Assembly: GCF_043950625.1 (NCBI RefSeq)
Contig: NZ_CP171007.1
DNA length: 32,000 bases
Origin: Alkanindiges sp. WGS2144
GTDB lineage: Bacteria; Pseudomonadota; Gammaproteobacteria; Pseudomonadales; Moraxellaceae
Direction: 5' to 3' (one strand)
Below the pieces are notes generated by a model. That model did not search any database. It was not told where the DNA came from and saw only the letters and a program-made list of their open reading frames with translations. Below are positions 10,052 to 20,941 of this stretch, one piece after another; position 1 is the first letter of the stretch; the number at the start of each line of letters is the position of its first letter. The position numbers and the translations under genes were made by a program.

Positions 10052-11455
10052 GTGCGCAGCTTTGATATTTTAGATAAAGAGCCGGACCAGTTTGCCAAAT
10101 ATCATCGGTATGTTGCTTATTTTCTTGTTTTAATCATTTTTCTGGTGATGCTGTTTAGCAAGAGCATTCAGCCAGCACATGCCCTGTTTAATATTCTTGT
10201 CATTGGCATTATCCCATTTTTACAAAATTACGCCGCTATTCAATTAAAACGGCAGTTTGGCTACGACGTCAGTAAAAATATTATTTTATTCATTGATGCT
10301 GTTTTTGTCGCTTTCTGGCTGGTAATTACTGATTTTGCTGCTATCCCCAGTCTGATGATCATGATCGGATTAATTTATGCGGCATTTTGGGTGAGAGTCA
10401 GTTGGCTGGCCTTTTTGACTATTGGTTTGATTGGTACTGCCAGCTTATATCTTTTTTGCTACTTACTGAATATTCATCAGATTGCCTTTAAGCCCAGTTC
10501 ACTTGACGTAACCATAGTAAGCATTCTGTGCCTGACAGCTTATCTAAGCATTGGTATTATTTACTTGCAGCGTCGGCTTATCTCTGTGGAACAAAGAAAA
10601 GTCCATGCAGAAGAGCAAACCAGTAAATACCTGTCGCTGGCCAACAAACTGGCGCGTTATGCACCTACCCAGATCTGGCAGTCCATTGCCCGGGGTGAAA
10701 ACGAAGCTAAAATTGATAATAAACGCAAAAAGCTCACCATTTTCTTTTCGGATATTCAGGGTTTTACCGAGCTTTCAGAGACCTTGTTGCCTGATGATCT
10801 GGCATTTATTCTCAACGATTATTTTGAGCACATGACTGATATTGCCCGTCGCCATGGGGGGACGGTAGACAAATATATGGGTGATGCTATTTTGATCTTT
10901 TTTGGCGATCCGGAAAGTAGAGGCATCAAGGAGGATGCCAAATCTTGCGTATACATGGCACTGGCTATGCTGGCAGAAATGAAAATTCTAAGAGAGCGCT
11001 GGCGGCGACTGGGATATACTGGTTTGCATATTCGTATCGGTATTAATACCGGCTATTGTCATGTGGGTAATTTTGGTACCAGCTCACGCATGAGTTACAC
11101 CATTGTTGGCCGGGATGCTAACCTGGCGGCACGTCTACAAACTGCTGCCGAGGTAGATCAGATTTTGGTTTCCGAATCGACTTATCATCTGGTCAAGGAT
11201 GACTTTACCTGCATAGAAAAGGGAAGTCTGAACTTAAAAGGCCTGAGTGAACCAGTTGCCACCTGGCAGATTGTAGGGCGGCAGCAAGGCCAATATATGA
11301 GTAACCGGTGGATGGATTTTGAGCTGGAGGGCTTTAACCTGCAACTTGATCTGAATGAGTTAAAACCCTATGAAGGAGCCAAGGCTATCCAGATTCTGGA
11401 GCAGGTGACCAAGCGCCTCAAACTTGAAGAAACAGAAAGACAAAGATATCGTTAA
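10052..11455 (+). CDS. membrane-bound class III adenylate/guanylate cyclase
   Basis: 467 aa with a GTG start. About six predicted TM helices in the first 180 aa. Cyclase catalytic domain motifs: TIFFSDIQGFTELSE, DKYMGDAILIFFG, IGINTG, VGRDANLAARL. Confidence 0.85.
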   Translation: MRSFDILDKEPDQFAKYHRYVAYFLVLIIFLVMLFSKSIQPAHALFNILVIGIIPFLQNYAAIQLKRQFGYDVSKNIILFIDAVFVAFWLVITDFAAIPSLMIMIGLIYAAFWVRVSWLAFLTIGLIGTASLYLFCYLLNIHQIAFKPSSLDVTIVSILCLTAYLSIGIIYLQRRLISVEQRKVHAEEQTSKYLSLANKLARYAPTQIWQSIARGENEAKIDNKRKKLTIFFSDIQGFTELSETLLPDDLAFILNDYFEHMTDIARRHGGTVDKYMGDAILIFFGDPESRGIKEDAKSCVYMALAMLAEMKILRERWRRLGYTGLHIRIGINTGYCHVGNFGTSSRMSYTIVGRDANLAARLQTAAEVDQILVSESTYHLVKDDFTCIEKGSLNLKGLSEPVATWQIVGRQQGQYMSNRWMDFELEGFNLQLDLNELKPYEGAKAIQILEQVTKRLKLEETERQRYR

Positions 11456-11516
11456 TTGCTGTTTTTGAAATGAAAATATAATTTTATATAGAAGTAGCAA
11501 GTAATTAGTTAGGGGT

Positions 11517-11542
11517 AAAAAAACGCCATAAATTAATGGCGT
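11517..11542 (-). terminator. rho-independent terminator of the isc operon, overlapping the fdx stop codon
   Basis: On the reverse strand: ACGCCAT-taattt-ATGGCGT followed by TTTTTTT. Confidence 0.7.
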
Positions 11543-11871
11543 TCTGCAGCATGATTGATGGTGTATTTGGGAATCTCAATTTCCAGATCCCGATCAACCA
11601 CCTCTACTTGACAGGATAAACGCGAATCTGGTTCCAGTCCCCAGGCACGATCCAGCAAGTCAGCTTCAATATCATCCATTTCTTCCAGAGAGTTAAAGCC
11701 CTGGCGCACAATGACATGGCAGGTAGTACAAGCGGCTGACATATCGCAGGCATGTTCGATGCACACCCCGTTGTCCAACAGGCTCTGACAAAGATTTGCA
11801 TTAGGCTCTACATCAAAGCTTTTGCCCTCGGGGCAAAACTGGGGATGCGGAAGTACGGTGATACGGGGCAT
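11533..11871 (-). CDS. fdx: ISC-system [2Fe-2S] ferredoxin
   Basis: 112 aa. Cys ligands in CDMSAACTTCH...C. Last gene of the isc cluster. Confidence 0.95.
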   Translation of the reverse strand: MPRITVLPHPQFCPEGKSFDVEPNANLCQSLLDNGVCIEHACDMSAACTTCHVIVRQGFNSLEEMDDIEADLLDRAWGLEPDSRLSCQVEVVDRDLEIEIPKYTINHAAERH

Positions 11872-11925
11872 AATATTTCCTAATATAAAATCAAATAGTG
11901 AGCGCGTCTGATGACTTAAGGGCGC

Positions 11926-13776
11926 TTAATCCCAATCATTGAGGCGAGTGCCTTTAAGGGCAGAATCCACATGCTGATTCATACGAATGGCAGCAAAATT
12001 ATTGCTGTGACCCTTAAGCCTGGCAACTGCCCGGTCAATCATACCGGACTGATTGCTTTGCAATGCTTCTCTAACGGCCTGCATGGCACGTTTTAAGGCA
12101 TCCAGATCAATTGCATCCAGTAGATCACCATCACTTGCTACTGCCTGATCCAGTGCTTCCAGTTCGCGTTCAGCTTCAACTTTGGTTTCATGAAGCTGGC
12201 GCAGTGCTTTGTCTTCTTCAGCAAACTGAAAGCCTTCAGTGAGCAGTCGGCTCATGTCCTGTTCAGACAGGCCATACGAGGGTTTAATGGTAATTTGACT
12301 ACTTGTGCCACTACTGGCTTCCCGCGCACTGACAGATAACAAGCCATCTGCATCAATCTGGAATTTAACCTGAATACGGGCTGCACCGGCAGTCATGGGA
12401 GGAATACCACGTAGTTCAAACTTACCCAGTGACCGGCAGTGTTCAACCAGATCGCGCTCGCCTTGCACTACATGAATTAACATGGCTGTCTGGCCGTCTT
12501 TGTAAGTGGTAAATTCCTGTTGCCGTTCCACTGGAATGGGGGTATTACGTGGAATAATGCGTTCTACCAGTCCACCCATGGTTTCCAGACCCAGCGATAG
12601 AGGGGTAACGTCCAGTAATAAGGCAGCGTTTTCCTGATTGCCTACCAACTGATCGGCAGAAATAGCAGCACCTAAGGCCACCACATGATCTGGATCCAGG
12701 GTACACAATGGCTGCTGGCCAAAAAATTGGGCAACTGACTGCTGAACTGCGGGGGAGCGGGTAGAACCCCCCACCAGTACTACGGCATTCACCTGTTCAG
12801 GGGTTATTTTGGCATCACGCAGCACACGCTTGCATACTGCCAGAGTGCGCTCAAGTACTGGAGTGATGAGCTGGTTAAAAGTCTGGTTATTTAAACTGAA
12901 CTTAAAATTTTTAAACTCAAAATCTATCTGGTCAGTACTGCTGAGTTGCTCTTTTAATTGCCGTGCCCGTACTGTCAAAGCCTGTAACTCGGCGCTATTT
13001 AGCTGAACATGCGGGACTTGTTCACGAATCCATTTCACAATCAGGCGGTCAATATCATCGCCCCCTAGTGCGGTATGCCCCCCAGTGGCGAGTACTTCAA
13101 ATACCCCCTGGCTTAGGCGTAAAATGGATACGTCAAAAGTACCACCGCCCAAATCAAAAATCACCTGAATTTTTTCTGAAGTCCCACTGTCAACCTTATC
13201 CAGCCCATACGCAATGGCAGCAGCAGTGGGTTCGTTGAGCAGTCTTAAAACGTTCAAGCCAGCCAGCTGGGCAGCGTCACGGGTGGCCTGACGCTGTGCC
13301 TCATCAAAATATGCTGGTACAGTAATCACTGCGCCGGTTAATTCCTGAGCTAATGACTGTTCAGCCTGCTGGCGCAGACGAAACAAAATATCCGCAGAAA
13401 TTTCTACCGGGGTTTTGCGTCCCTGACTGGTCACAAAAGCTGGCATTTGATCGGCTTCGCCCTCAAGGGTATAGGGATATTCAAAGCGAATATCATTGCG
13501 TGAACGCCCCATAAAGCGCTTGACAGAAATGATAGTATTGGCAGGATCTTTTTCAAGATGATTGAGCGCTGGCTGGCCTACTGTGGTGGAGCCAGCGCCA
13601 TAGTGCACTACCGAAGGCATTAAAAGCTTATTGTATTCATCAGCTAGAATAACGGCTTTACCAGAGCGTACGGTTGCTACCAGTGAATGAGTGGTTCCCA
13701 GATCAATCCCGATCGCAGTACGATGTTCATGGGGATTGGTGGACTGACCAGGCTCAGCAATTTGTAGCAACGCCAT
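11926..13776 (-). CDS. hscA: Fe-S cluster assembly Hsp70-type chaperone HscA
   Basis: 616 aa Hsp70 family ([23 protein letters not shown]). Positioned between hscB and fdx. Confidence 0.95.
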   Translation of the reverse strand: MALLQIAEPGQSTNPHEHRTAIGIDLGTTHSLVATVRSGKAVILADEYNKLLMPSVVHYGAGSTTVGQPALNHLEKDPANTIISVKRFMGRSRNDIRFEYPYTLEGEADQMPAFVTSQGRKTPVEISADILFRLRQQAEQSLAQELTGAVITVPAYFDEAQRQATRDAAQLAGLNVLRLLNEPTAAAIAYGLDKVDSGTSEKIQVIFDLGGGTFDVSILRLSQGVFEVLATGGHTALGGDDIDRLIVKWIREQVPHVQLNSAELQALTVRARQLKEQLSSTDQIDFEFKNFKFSLNNQTFNQLITPVLERTLAVCKRVLRDAKITPEQVNAVVLVGGSTRSPAVQQSVAQFFGQQPLCTLDPDHVVALGAAISADQLVGNQENAALLLDVTPLSLGLETMGGLVERIIPRNTPIPVERQQEFTTYKDGQTAMLIHVVQGERDLVEHCRSLGKFELRGIPPMTAGAARIQVKFQIDADGLLSVSAREASSGTSSQITIKPSYGLSEQDMSRLLTEGFQFAEEDKALRQLHETKVEAERELEALDQAVASDGDLLDAIDLDALKRAMQAVREALQSNQSGMIDRAVARLKGHSNNFAAIRMNQHVDSALKGTRLNDWD

Positions 13777-13811
13777 ACAAAAACCTTTTAAATAACAAAT
13801 TAAAAATTAAA

Positions 13812-14354
13812 TCAAAAATCATCGAAGGCAGAATCAATGTCATCGAAATCTGCCTCATCCAGACGATCTTCTGCTTTATCAATGTCCAGTAAAACCCGCT
13901 GGATAAAGCGTAGCTTGCGGGTCGTATCCCGCGCATCCACCCAGTCCTGTTCTGCCAGATCAATTTTAAACTCGCGGCTCAGGGATTCCAGCCACTGATT
14001 GACCCCAACCCGTAGAGAAGAAAGTTGTTCAGATGAGTTGGCTTCTTCCAGTTGTTCGCGCAATTCCAGAGCATGTTGCAAAAAGTCCAGGTCGCCAATG
14101 GAGTTTTCCAGTCCGCCATCCTGATCGTTCAGCCGCAGCAGATAGGCCGCACGGCTGTCTGCATGCAGCAGGGTTTGATAGGCCTGATTGATCTGGCTGG
14201 ACTGTTGTAATGCTGCTTGAGCAGCTTGCCCGGTATTTTTATCCGGATGATACTGCTGTTGTAGCTGACGATATTTTGTTTTTAGCTGTTGAGGGTCTAC
14301 ATCAAAGCCCGGGCTTATATCAAAAAGCTCAAAATACGTCACGGGTGTGCTCAC
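13812..14354 (-). CDS. hscB: Fe-S cluster assembly J-type co-chaperone HscB
   Basis: 180 aa with a GTG start. J-domain with YHPDK (HPD motif). Confidence 0.9.
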   Translation of the reverse strand: MSTPVTYFELFDISPGFDVDPQQLKTKYRQLQQQYHPDKNTGQAAQAALQQSSQINQAYQTLLHADSRAAYLLRLNDQDGGLENSIGDLDFLQHALELREQLEEANSSEQLSSLRVGVNQWLESLSREFKIDLAEQDWVDARDTTRKLRFIQRVLLDIDKAEDRLDEADFDDIDSAFDDF

Positions 14355-14390
14355 AGTTTGCGAAAAATCGAATTTAAAAATATCCCCTAC

Positions 14391-14711
14391 TTATACAGTA
14401 AAGGATTCACCACAGCCACATTCACCTTTCTGGTTAGGGTTACTAAATTCAAACCCTTCATTTAGGCCATTTTTAACATAGTCCATCTCTAGACCGTTGA
14501 GGTACACCAGACTCTTAGGATCGACAAATATCTTTACGCCATGGGTATCAAAAATCTGGTCAAGCGGATCGATCTGGTCAACAAATTCCAGAACATAAGC
14601 CAGACCGGAGCAACCCGAGGTTTTGACACCAACTTTGATGCCTTCACCTTTGCCCCGATTTTTTAGAAAATCCTGCACATGAGTGGCGGCACGCTCAGTT
14701 AAATGAATCAT
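14391..14711 (-). CDS. iscA: iron-sulfur cluster insertion/carrier protein IscA
   Basis: The conserved start is the internal Met ([12 protein letters not shown]...) at 14711, preceded by AAGGAG. 106 aa. Cys motifs SGCSG and CGCGESF. Confidence 0.95.
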   Translation of the reverse strand: MIHLTERAATHVQDFLKNRGKGEGIKVGVKTSGCSGLAYVLEFVDQIDPLDQIFDTHGVKIFVDPKSLVYLNGLEMDYVKNGLNEGFEFSNPNQKGECGCGESFTV

Positions 14712-14748
14712 TCGGGTTACTCCTTTATAGCGTCTGGGTAAACCATTT

Positions 14749-15144
14749 TTAAACTTCGCTGGTCGCGCTGTTTTTATGGCGATAGTCTTCAATGGCGGCT
14801 TTGATGGCGTCTTCGGCCAGTACCGAGCAGTGGATTTTGACCGGAGGCAAGGCTAGCTCCTGGGCAATATCCTTATTCTTGATGGCCTGAGCCTCATCAA
14901 GGGTTTTGCCTTTTAGCCACTCAGTGACCAGAGAACTTGAAGCAATGGCTGAGCCACAACCATAGGTCTTAAAACGGGCTTCTTCGATAACGCCCTCGTC
15001 ATTCACCTGAATTTGCAGACGCATAACATCACCACAAGCAGGTGCACCCACCATACCTGTACCAACATTAGCGGAATCTTTGTCTAATACACCCACATTG
15101 CGTGGGTTTTCATAATGATCAATTACTTTATTACTGTATGCCAT
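14749..15144 (-). CDS. iscU: Fe-S cluster assembly scaffold IscU
   Basis: Starts at the internal Met ([18 protein letters not shown]) at 15144, preceded by GGAGA. 131 aa. Motifs [18 protein letters not shown] and LPPVKIHCS. Confidence 0.95.
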   Translation of the reverse strand: MAYSNKVIDHYENPRNVGVLDKDSANVGTGMVGAPACGDVMRLQIQVNDEGVIEEARFKTYGCGSAIASSSLVTEWLKGKTLDEAQAIKNKDIAQELALPPVKIHCSVLAEDAIKAAIEDYRHKNSATSEV

Positions 15145-15233
15145 GATGCTTCTCCAAACCTCGGGGTCAGCGGTGATAATAATATGGAGTCCATACTCCA
15201 CAATTTAAAGACTTAGCAGGATTGCCCGACCAA

Positions 15234-16451
15234 TTAGTGAGCAGCCCATTCAACGGTAGACAGATCAATGCCTTCTTTGTACATATCCCATAGTGGTGAT
15301 AGCTCACGCAGTTTTTCAACTGCGGTGCGAGTAAAGGCAAGCACCTGATCAATGTCATCTTCGGTAGTAAAACGGCCCAGGCTAAAGCGAATGGAACTGT
15401 GTGCCAGTTCATCAGATAAACCTAGTGCGCGTAACACATAGGAAGGCTCAAGTGTCGCAGAGGTACAGGCAGAACCGCTGGATACTGCCAGATCTTTTAG
15501 AGCCATCATGAGTGATTCACCTTCAACAAAGTTAAAGCTGACATTCAGATAGTTGGCCACGCGATATTCAGGATCACCATTTAAGTGAACCTCCTCCATA
15601 TCCTGCAAACCGTTCCACAATTTGCTGCGCAATGCCTCCAGACGCTGTTGTTCGGCAGCCATTTCCTGTCCGGCAATCTCAAAGGCTTCCCCCATACCAA
15701 CGATCTGGTGGGTTGGCAGGGTGCCAGAGCGCATACCGCGCTCATGACCACCCCCATGAATCTGTGCCTTTAAGCGAACGCGAGGGCTGCGACGCACATA
15801 TAGCGCTCCAATTCCCTTAGGGCCATAGGCTTTGTGACCGGAAAAACTCATTAGGTCAACTTTTATGCGTGACAGGTCAATTTCGGCCTTGCCAACTGCC
15901 TGCGCTGCGTCTACATGCAGGTAAATACCGCGTGCACGGGTAATCTCACCAATGGTTGCCACATCAGTCAGGTTACCCAGTTCGTTATTGACCATCATGA
16001 GAGATACCAAAATAGTATCTTCACGTAAGGCAGCCTCTACCATGTCAGGCGTGATACGACCAGTGCCAGGTTGTGGATCCAGATAGGTAACCTCATAACC
16101 TTCATCTTCCAGCTGACGGCAGGTGTCCAGCACTGCTTTGTGTTCAATCTTGCTGGTAACAATGTGCTTGCCTTTTTTATGATAAAAGTGAGCAACACCT
16201 TTAATGGCCAGGTTATTAGACTCGGTAGCGCCCGACGTCCACACGATTTCGCGCGGGTCGGCCTTGATGAGGTCAGCCACTTGCTGGCGGGCATGCTCCA
16301 CGGCTTCTTCAGCCTGCCAGCCATAACCATGAGAACGCGAAGCAGGATTACCAAATACCCCATCCATGGTTAAAAACTGCATCATGCGTTCAGCAACACG
16401 CGGATCAACCGGTGTAGTCGCAGCATAATCTAGATAAATAGGGCGTTTCAT
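15234..16451 (-). CDS. iscS: cysteine desulfurase IscS
   Basis: 405 aa. PLP-lysine motif [12 protein letters not shown] and active-site loop SSGSACTS. Confidence 0.95.
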   Translation of the reverse strand: MKRPIYLDYAATTPVDPRVAERMMQFLTMDGVFGNPASRSHGYGWQAEEAVEHARQQVADLIKADPREIVWTSGATESNNLAIKGVAHFYHKKGKHIVTSKIEHKAVLDTCRQLEDEGYEVTYLDPQPGTGRITPDMVEAALREDTILVSLMMVNNELGNLTDVATIGEITRARGIYLHVDAAQAVGKAEIDLSRIKVDLMSFSGHKAYGPKGIGALYVRRSPRVRLKAQIHGGGHERGMRSGTLPTHQIVGMGEAFEIAGQEMAAEQQRLEALRSKLWNGLQDMEEVHLNGDPEYRVANYLNVSFNFVEGESLMMALKDLAVSSGSACTSATLEPSYVLRALGLSDELAHSSIRFSLGRFTTEDDIDQVLAFTRTAVEKLRELSPLWDMYKEGIDLSTVEWAAH

Positions 16452-16927
16452 GACAGGGTACCTGTTAGCGTTAAACGTGAAGAATCAATAGGGGTGGCAT
16501 TTTGTCGCATTACAACAGCCTGCACATTTTGGCGTTCAATCAGACTGGAAAGACTGATACCGGCCAGATACTGTTCAATATGATTAGACAAATCCTGCCA
16601 TAAGTCATGTGTTAGGCACATGGCACCGTTTTGGCAGTTACCTTTGTGATCGCAACGAGTAGCATCAACTGACTCGTTAACAGCTTCAATGATTTCAAGT
16701 ACAGCAATGTCTTGAGCGGGCTTGGCTAGCCGGTAACCACCATTGGCACCACGTACACTGGACACCAGACCGTGTCGTTTAAGTTTGGCAAAAAGCTGCT
16801 CAAGATAAGCCACAGAAATAGTTTGCCTTGTCGCAATTTCTGCCAGGGTAATAGTCTGGTCAATAGGCTGTAGTGCTAAATCAAGTAGAGCAGTCACCGC
16901 ATAGCGACCGCGAGTAGTCAGGCGCAT
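16448..16927 (-). CDS. iscR: Fe-S cluster assembly transcriptional regulator IscR (Rrf2 family)
   Basis: 159 aa. [18 protein letters not shown] with an Rrf2 wHTH, and cluster-ligand Cys residues ([13 protein letters not shown]). Its stop overlaps the iscS start (ATGA). Confidence 0.95.
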   Translation of the reverse strand: MRLTTRGRYAVTALLDLALQPIDQTITLAEIATRQTISVAYLEQLFAKLKRHGLVSSVRGANGGYRLAKPAQDIAVLEIIEAVNESVDATRCDHKGNCQNGAMCLTHDLWQDLSNHIEQYLAGISLSSLIERQNVQAVVMRQNATPIDSSRLTLTGTLS

Positions 16928-16968
16928 AATCCGATGAGCATATTAGGTTAAGATGTAAGTATTCTATG

Positions 16969-16993
16969 AATTCCGACTAATTTAGTCAAGTTT
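16969..16993. promoter_or_regulatory. IscR type-1 operator upstream of iscR
   Basis: AATTCCGACTAATTTAGTCAAGTTT compared with the E. coli type-1 consensus ATASYYGACTRWWWYAGTCRRSTAT. The GACT-N5-AGTC core is exact. The site lies 42-66 bp upstream of the iscR ATG. Confidence 0.7.
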
Positions 16994-17065
16994 AATTCCC
17001 AATATTTTTATAGGTTTATTTATATTATAAAGCAATAAAAAAGCTAATTTTAAGTGAAACGATAG

Positions 17066-17710
17066 TTAGCTAAAGTACCACCAAGTATAAATTAAACCGA
17101 TAATTAAAGAAATAACAACCGCAAGCAATAGGCTGATCATAAGTTGATAATATTTTTTGACCTGACGCATCTCATACGCTTGCTGTTTGGCAGCAATAGC
17201 CATATTGCCAAGTTGAAGACGCTGTTCATCAATGCGTCGAAGTAAAGGTTTCATACGTTGCGAAACAGGCGTTACATCACTCGTGTCTGCCACAAACCAG
17301 TGTCGCCAGTCGGCAAGAATTTGTGGCAGATTAAAATATTCCATCAAATGGCGCAGCTCGATGGAAAGCTGCTCATCACCAGTGATATTGACTTTTTCAA
17401 ATGATTGAGGGCGTGCGGTAAAAAAAGCACGCATCAGAGTGACTGTAGAGGCAGTAACAGTCGCATCAATTTTTGCATTTTTTGCCACTTCAAAATCAAA
17501 TAGCACGCCTTGCGGAGCAAATGTTACATAAAAGGTATCACTGGGAAGATGGGTTTTAACGCAAATCAGGGCCCGGCGCTGGATAAGGTGTTGCGCATGT
17601 ATACGTGACATACGGTCATGCTTTAATAAAAAGGTAAGCAGTGTTTCAATAAGAATCAGCAAAAAAGATTGTATTAAATTTCGCTCATCTGGCGCCTGTT
17701 GATTAGGCAT
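17066..17710 (-). CDS. SCP2/UbiJ-like lipid-binding domain protein with a C-terminal transmembrane anchor
   Basis: The likely start is Met9 (MPNQQ, AAGGAA 8 nt upstream). The N-terminal half (ETLLTFLLKH...ICVKTHLPSDTFYVTF...ITGDEQLSIELRHLMEYF) follows the pattern of E. coli UbiJ as I recall it. The C-terminus YYQLMISLLLAVVISLIIGLIYTWWYF is hydrophobic. Confidence 0.45.
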   Translation of the reverse strand: MPNQQAPDERNLIQSFLLILIETLLTFLLKHDRMSRIHAQHLIQRRALICVKTHLPSDTFYVTFAPQGVLFDFEVAKNAKIDATVTASTVTLMRAFFTARPQSFEKVNITGDEQLSIELRHLMEYFNLPQILADWRHWFVADTSDVTPVSQRMKPLLRRIDEQRLQLGNMAIAAKQQAYEMRQVKKYYQLMISLLLAVVISLIIGLIYTWWYFS

Positions 17711-17909
17711 ACAACACTTTTCCTTGTTAAGCATAAGATTAGGTTAAATAAATAACTAGTTCTATCTTGGAGAATTTATTAATAATGTCAATAGTTTGTT
17801 AGACAAAAAAAATAGGCGAAAATGTTCTCTATGATATAGTCAGAGTAATTTACTGTTGAATATCGGTTTACGGCTTACATAGTCTTTTAAGAATTTTAGG
17901 GAGAAAAGA

Positions 17910-18392
17910 ATGGCAAAGCCAGGAAAAAGTAAAGCAGAGCCGGCACTTGGCGTACAGACCAGCACTGATGAGAGCATAAATCAGGGCACTACTCCTGAAG
18001 CAAACCGAAAAAAAAATGCGCTTGATTTTCGCAAATATACCAAACAGATCTGGCTGGCTGGACTGGGTGCATTTTCACGTGCCGAAGATGAAGGTAACCG
18101 CTTATTTGATTCTTTGGTAAAAGTGGGTGAAGAGCTTGAGGCTAAAACTACGGATATCGCTGATAACACCGCAGGCGTAGTAGGCGAAGTAAAAGACCGG
18201 GTGACCGAGCGGGTAACTGGTACTAAAGAGCGGGTAGAGCGGGCTTTGGATGAACGGGTAAATTCAACAGTTGCCCGTATTGGTTTTGCTTCTCATAAAG
18301 AAGTAGCCCAATTGGTAGAGTTAATTGAACGGCTAGATCAGAAGATAGATCAGCTTACAGAAGAGGTTAGACAGCTACGACAAAAAAAATAG
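17910..18392 (+). CDS. phasin-family (polyhydroxyalkanoate granule-associated) protein
   Basis: 160 aa. KQIWLAGLGAFSRAEDEGNRLFDSLVKVGEELE is typical of the PHA granule-associated protein family. Coiled-coil C-terminus. Confidence 0.7.
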   Translation: MAKPGKSKAEPALGVQTSTDESINQGTTPEANRKKNALDFRKYTKQIWLAGLGAFSRAEDEGNRLFDSLVKVGEELEAKTTDIADNTAGVVGEVKDRVTERVTGTKERVERALDERVNSTVARIGFASHKEVAQLVELIERLDQKIDQLTEEVRQLRQKK

Positions 18393-18483
18393 ATTTTTAG
18401 GTGAATTGTGCCTCCTTTGACCAAATTTTGAAGAAAAAGTTGAAAAAACCTCGATATTTTTTATTTTTATCGTCCGGATGCGC

Positions 18484-18512
18484 TTGCCTTGTGAACAACG
18501 CATTGATATAAA
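18484..18512 (+). promoter_or_regulatory. candidate sigma70 promoter of hupB
   Basis: TTGCCT, a 17-nt spacer, then TATAAA, about 65 nt upstream of the hupB ATG. Confidence 0.35.
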
Positions 18513-18577
18513 GTCGTATAAGTCGAGATAGCGATTAATGATTTTTTTAACAAAGTGATTCAGAGGAAGTTAACTTC

Positions 18578-18850
18578 ATGAATAAAGCAGAATTAATTGA
18601 TGCGATTGCCGCCCAAGGGGGGCTATCCAAGGCACAGGCTGGACAGGCACTGGATGCCACCATCGGTGCCATTAGTGAAGCATTAAAAGCAGGTGAAACA
18701 GTAACACTGGTTGGCTTCGGAACTTTTAGTGTCAAAGAGCGTGCAGCACGTGCCGGACGTAACCCTAAAACTGGTGAAACTATTAATATTGCTGCCACAA
18801 AAGTCCCTAGCTTTAAGGCAGGCAAAGGTTTAAAGGACGCAGTTTCTTAA
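18578..18850 (+). CDS. hupB: nucleoid-associated DNA-binding protein HU
   Basis: 90 aa. [11 protein letters not shown]...[22 protein letters not shown]...[15 protein letters not shown]. Located upstream of ppiD as in many gammaproteobacteria. Confidence 0.9.
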   Translation: MNKAELIDAIAAQGGLSKAQAGQALDATIGAISEALKAGETVTLVGFGTFSVKERAARAGRNPKTGETINIAATKVPSFKAGKGLKDAVS

Positions 18851-18867
18851 AACCTTTTTGCTTTTTA

Positions 18868-18890
18868 ACGCGCCGCTCTGGCGCGTTTTT
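18868..18890 (+). terminator. rho-independent terminator after hupB
   Basis: ACGCGCC-gctct-GGCGCGT followed by TTTT. Confidence 0.8.
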
Positions 18891-18993
18891 CATTTGATCA
18901 GGTGGTTTTAAGTTTTAACTGATTATCTCAAACAACTTGTATCTCAAATAATATGAGCTAACATGCTCAGGCATTGTTTTTCTGGTAGGGTTT

Positions 18994-20886
18994 ATGGAAG
19001 CGTTTCGTCGTTTAATTAGGGGCTGGTTAGGTAAGGTATTACTGGTGCTTTTTCTGACACCACTGGCGTTAGTGGGAATTGAAGGTTACTTTATGGGTGG
19101 AGGCGAAGATAAAGCTGCCATTCAGGTTAATAAAACAAAAATTAGCCCAGCGGTTTTAAATGCTGCTGTAGATAATCAGCATAAGCAGCTTTTAGCACAA
19201 GTTCAGGATGACGCCTCCTTATTAAATGATGCGGCGATCAAAAAATCTGTGATAGACGGCTTGATCGCCCGCACCCTATTGCTTCAGCAAGCCAAAAAAC
19301 TGGGCTTTGAGTTAAGTGATCAACAGATTGCCCAGCTCATTCGTCAGGAGCCCAGCTTTCAAGAGGATGGTAAATACTCGGAAGGTTTATTTCAGGCTTA
19401 TCTGAAAAACTCGGGAGCATCCATGGCTCAGTTATTAAATGAAGTGCGTGAGCAGGTTGCCTTGCGTCAGCTAGCAGGTGGTATTACAGATACTGGCCTG
19501 GTTAGTCAGCAGGATATTACCCGTCTGGCTATCCTGAAAACTGAAAAACGTGATGTACATATTGCCAGTTTACCTTTATCCGGTTTTGGTAAGGACATTC
19601 AGATTACTACCCAGCAAATTACAGACTACTATAATAAAAACAAGGACCAGTATTTAGTACCTGATAATGTTGATGTTGAATATGTTGTATTAAATAGTGC
19701 TTCTTTGGCACCTCAGCTGCAGATCACTGATGCGGATATTCAGGCACAATATCAGGCATTACAGTCTACAAGTGCCAGTGCTGAAGAGCGCCATATTCAG
19801 CATATTCTGATTGAAGTCACTGATAAAATTACGGATGCACAAGCCAAGCAGCAAATTGAAAAAGTGGCTGCCCGCTTAAAGGCAGGTGAAGATTTTGCCA
19901 AGGTGGCACGTGAAGTATCACAGGATGCCGGCTCAGCAGAGAACAATGGTGACCTGGGCTTTTTAGCCAAGGGTAGTTTCCCCGGTGCCTTTGATGACAC
20001 GGCATTTGGTCTGGCGGTTAATCAGGTTTCCAAACCCGTGCGTTCAGATGCGGGTTATCATTTGATTAAGGTATCTGAAATCAGAAAAGATGATGTGGCC
20101 AGTCTGGAATCCCTGCGCCCACAACTGGAAGCACAGGTTCGCCAGAATAAGCTGGATGAGCTATATAGCGAGGTGATTAATCATCTAAATGAAATGGCGG
20201 TAGAAACTGACAGCGTGCAGGAGCTAGCCAGGGTTCAGCATTTGACTGTCAACTCTGCCAAGATGATTACTAAAACCAGCAATACTCCACCATTTAATAA
20301 TGCTAACGTTAAGGCAGCCTTATTCAATGAGGATGTGGTTCAGGGTGACCGCAAAATTTCTACCGGGCTTGAAATAGAGCCGGGCACAACGATGTGGGTT
20401 AAAGTAAATAACTATCATCCTGAGCGTGCCCAGTCGCTGGCTGAGGCAACGGCGCAAATTAAGCAAACCCTTGAGCAACAGGCGCGTCTGGCAAAAGCAA
20501 AGGCCAAGGCCAAAGCTATTGTGGATGGGCTAAAAACCAAAGCACCACAGCAGGTACAACAGGACAATCAGGTTGTTTTTCAGGGTATTGGCGAAGTGAG
20601 CCGTATGAGTGGAGCGCCTTTGGAGCTGGAGCGTACAATTTTCAGGATGGCTAAACCACAAGATGGCAAATGGAGCGCTGACTATTATCAACAGGGTGAC
20701 AATCTGATTGTTGTGGCAGTATCTAAAGTCGTGGCTGGTAATCCGGACAGCTTACAGGCAGAGGAGCGTCAGCAATTATCCAGCACGCTTGCCCGTTTGC
20801 GTGGACAGCAGGAACTGGCGGACTATGTACAGTACCTGCGCTCCAAAGCCAAAATTAAAATCCACGATGCGGATACTAAAAAATAG
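18994..20886 (+). CDS. ppiD: periplasmic chaperone / peptidyl-prolyl isomerase PpiD
   Basis: 630 aa. N-terminal membrane anchor (GKVLLVLFLTPLALVG) and a parvulin-like domain (HIQHILI...GDLGF). hupB-ppiD synteny. Confidence 0.85.
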   Translation: MEAFRRLIRGWLGKVLLVLFLTPLALVGIEGYFMGGGEDKAAIQVNKTKISPAVLNAAVDNQHKQLLAQVQDDASLLNDAAIKKSVIDGLIARTLLLQQAKKLGFELSDQQIAQLIRQEPSFQEDGKYSEGLFQAYLKNSGASMAQLLNEVREQVALRQLAGGITDTGLVSQQDITRLAILKTEKRDVHIASLPLSGFGKDIQITTQQITDYYNKNKDQYLVPDNVDVEYVVLNSASLAPQLQITDADIQAQYQALQSTSASAEERHIQHILIEVTDKITDAQAKQQIEKVAARLKAGEDFAKVAREVSQDAGSAENNGDLGFLAKGSFPGAFDDTAFGLAVNQVSKPVRSDAGYHLIKVSEIRKDDVASLESLRPQLEAQVRQNKLDELYSEVINHLNEMAVETDSVQELARVQHLTVNSAKMITKTSNTPPFNNANVKAALFNEDVVQGDRKISTGLEIEPGTTMWVKVNNYHPERAQSLAEATAQIKQTLEQQARLAKAKAKAKAIVDGLKTKAPQQVQQDNQVVFQGIGEVSRMSGAPLELERTIFRMAKPQDGKWSADYYQQGDNLIVVAVSKVVAGNPDSLQAEERQQLSSTLARLRGQQELADYVQYLRSKAKIKIHDADTKK

Positions 20887-20889
20887 CGC

Positions 20890-20917
20890 AAAAGCCATCA
20901 GAAATGATGGCTTTTTT
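20890..20917. terminator. bidirectional terminator between ppiD and the convergent 277-aa gene
   Basis: AAAAGCCATC-agaaat-GATGGCTTTT followed by TT. Confidence 0.8.
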
Positions 20918-20941
20918 AATGATCAATTTTGATGAGTGGGT

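Noticed and set aside
17806-17820. AAAAAAATAGGCGA (14 nt) upstream of the phasin gene is identical to the sequence around the tlpA-like amber codon (reverse strand near 25292..25305).
   Set aside because: Most of it is a low-complexity A-run, it is a single extra occurrence, and it sits in a different context. I treat it as coincidence unless a genome-wide count shows enrichment.
18547-18825. Antisense ORFs over hupB (18547..18825), ihfB (30979..31329), pyrF (29827..30048), rpsA (31364..31657) and the isc genes (15167..15412, 15585..15820, 16037..16373).
   Set aside because: These are mirror-frame ORFs of highly conserved genes, typical artefacts of codon bias.
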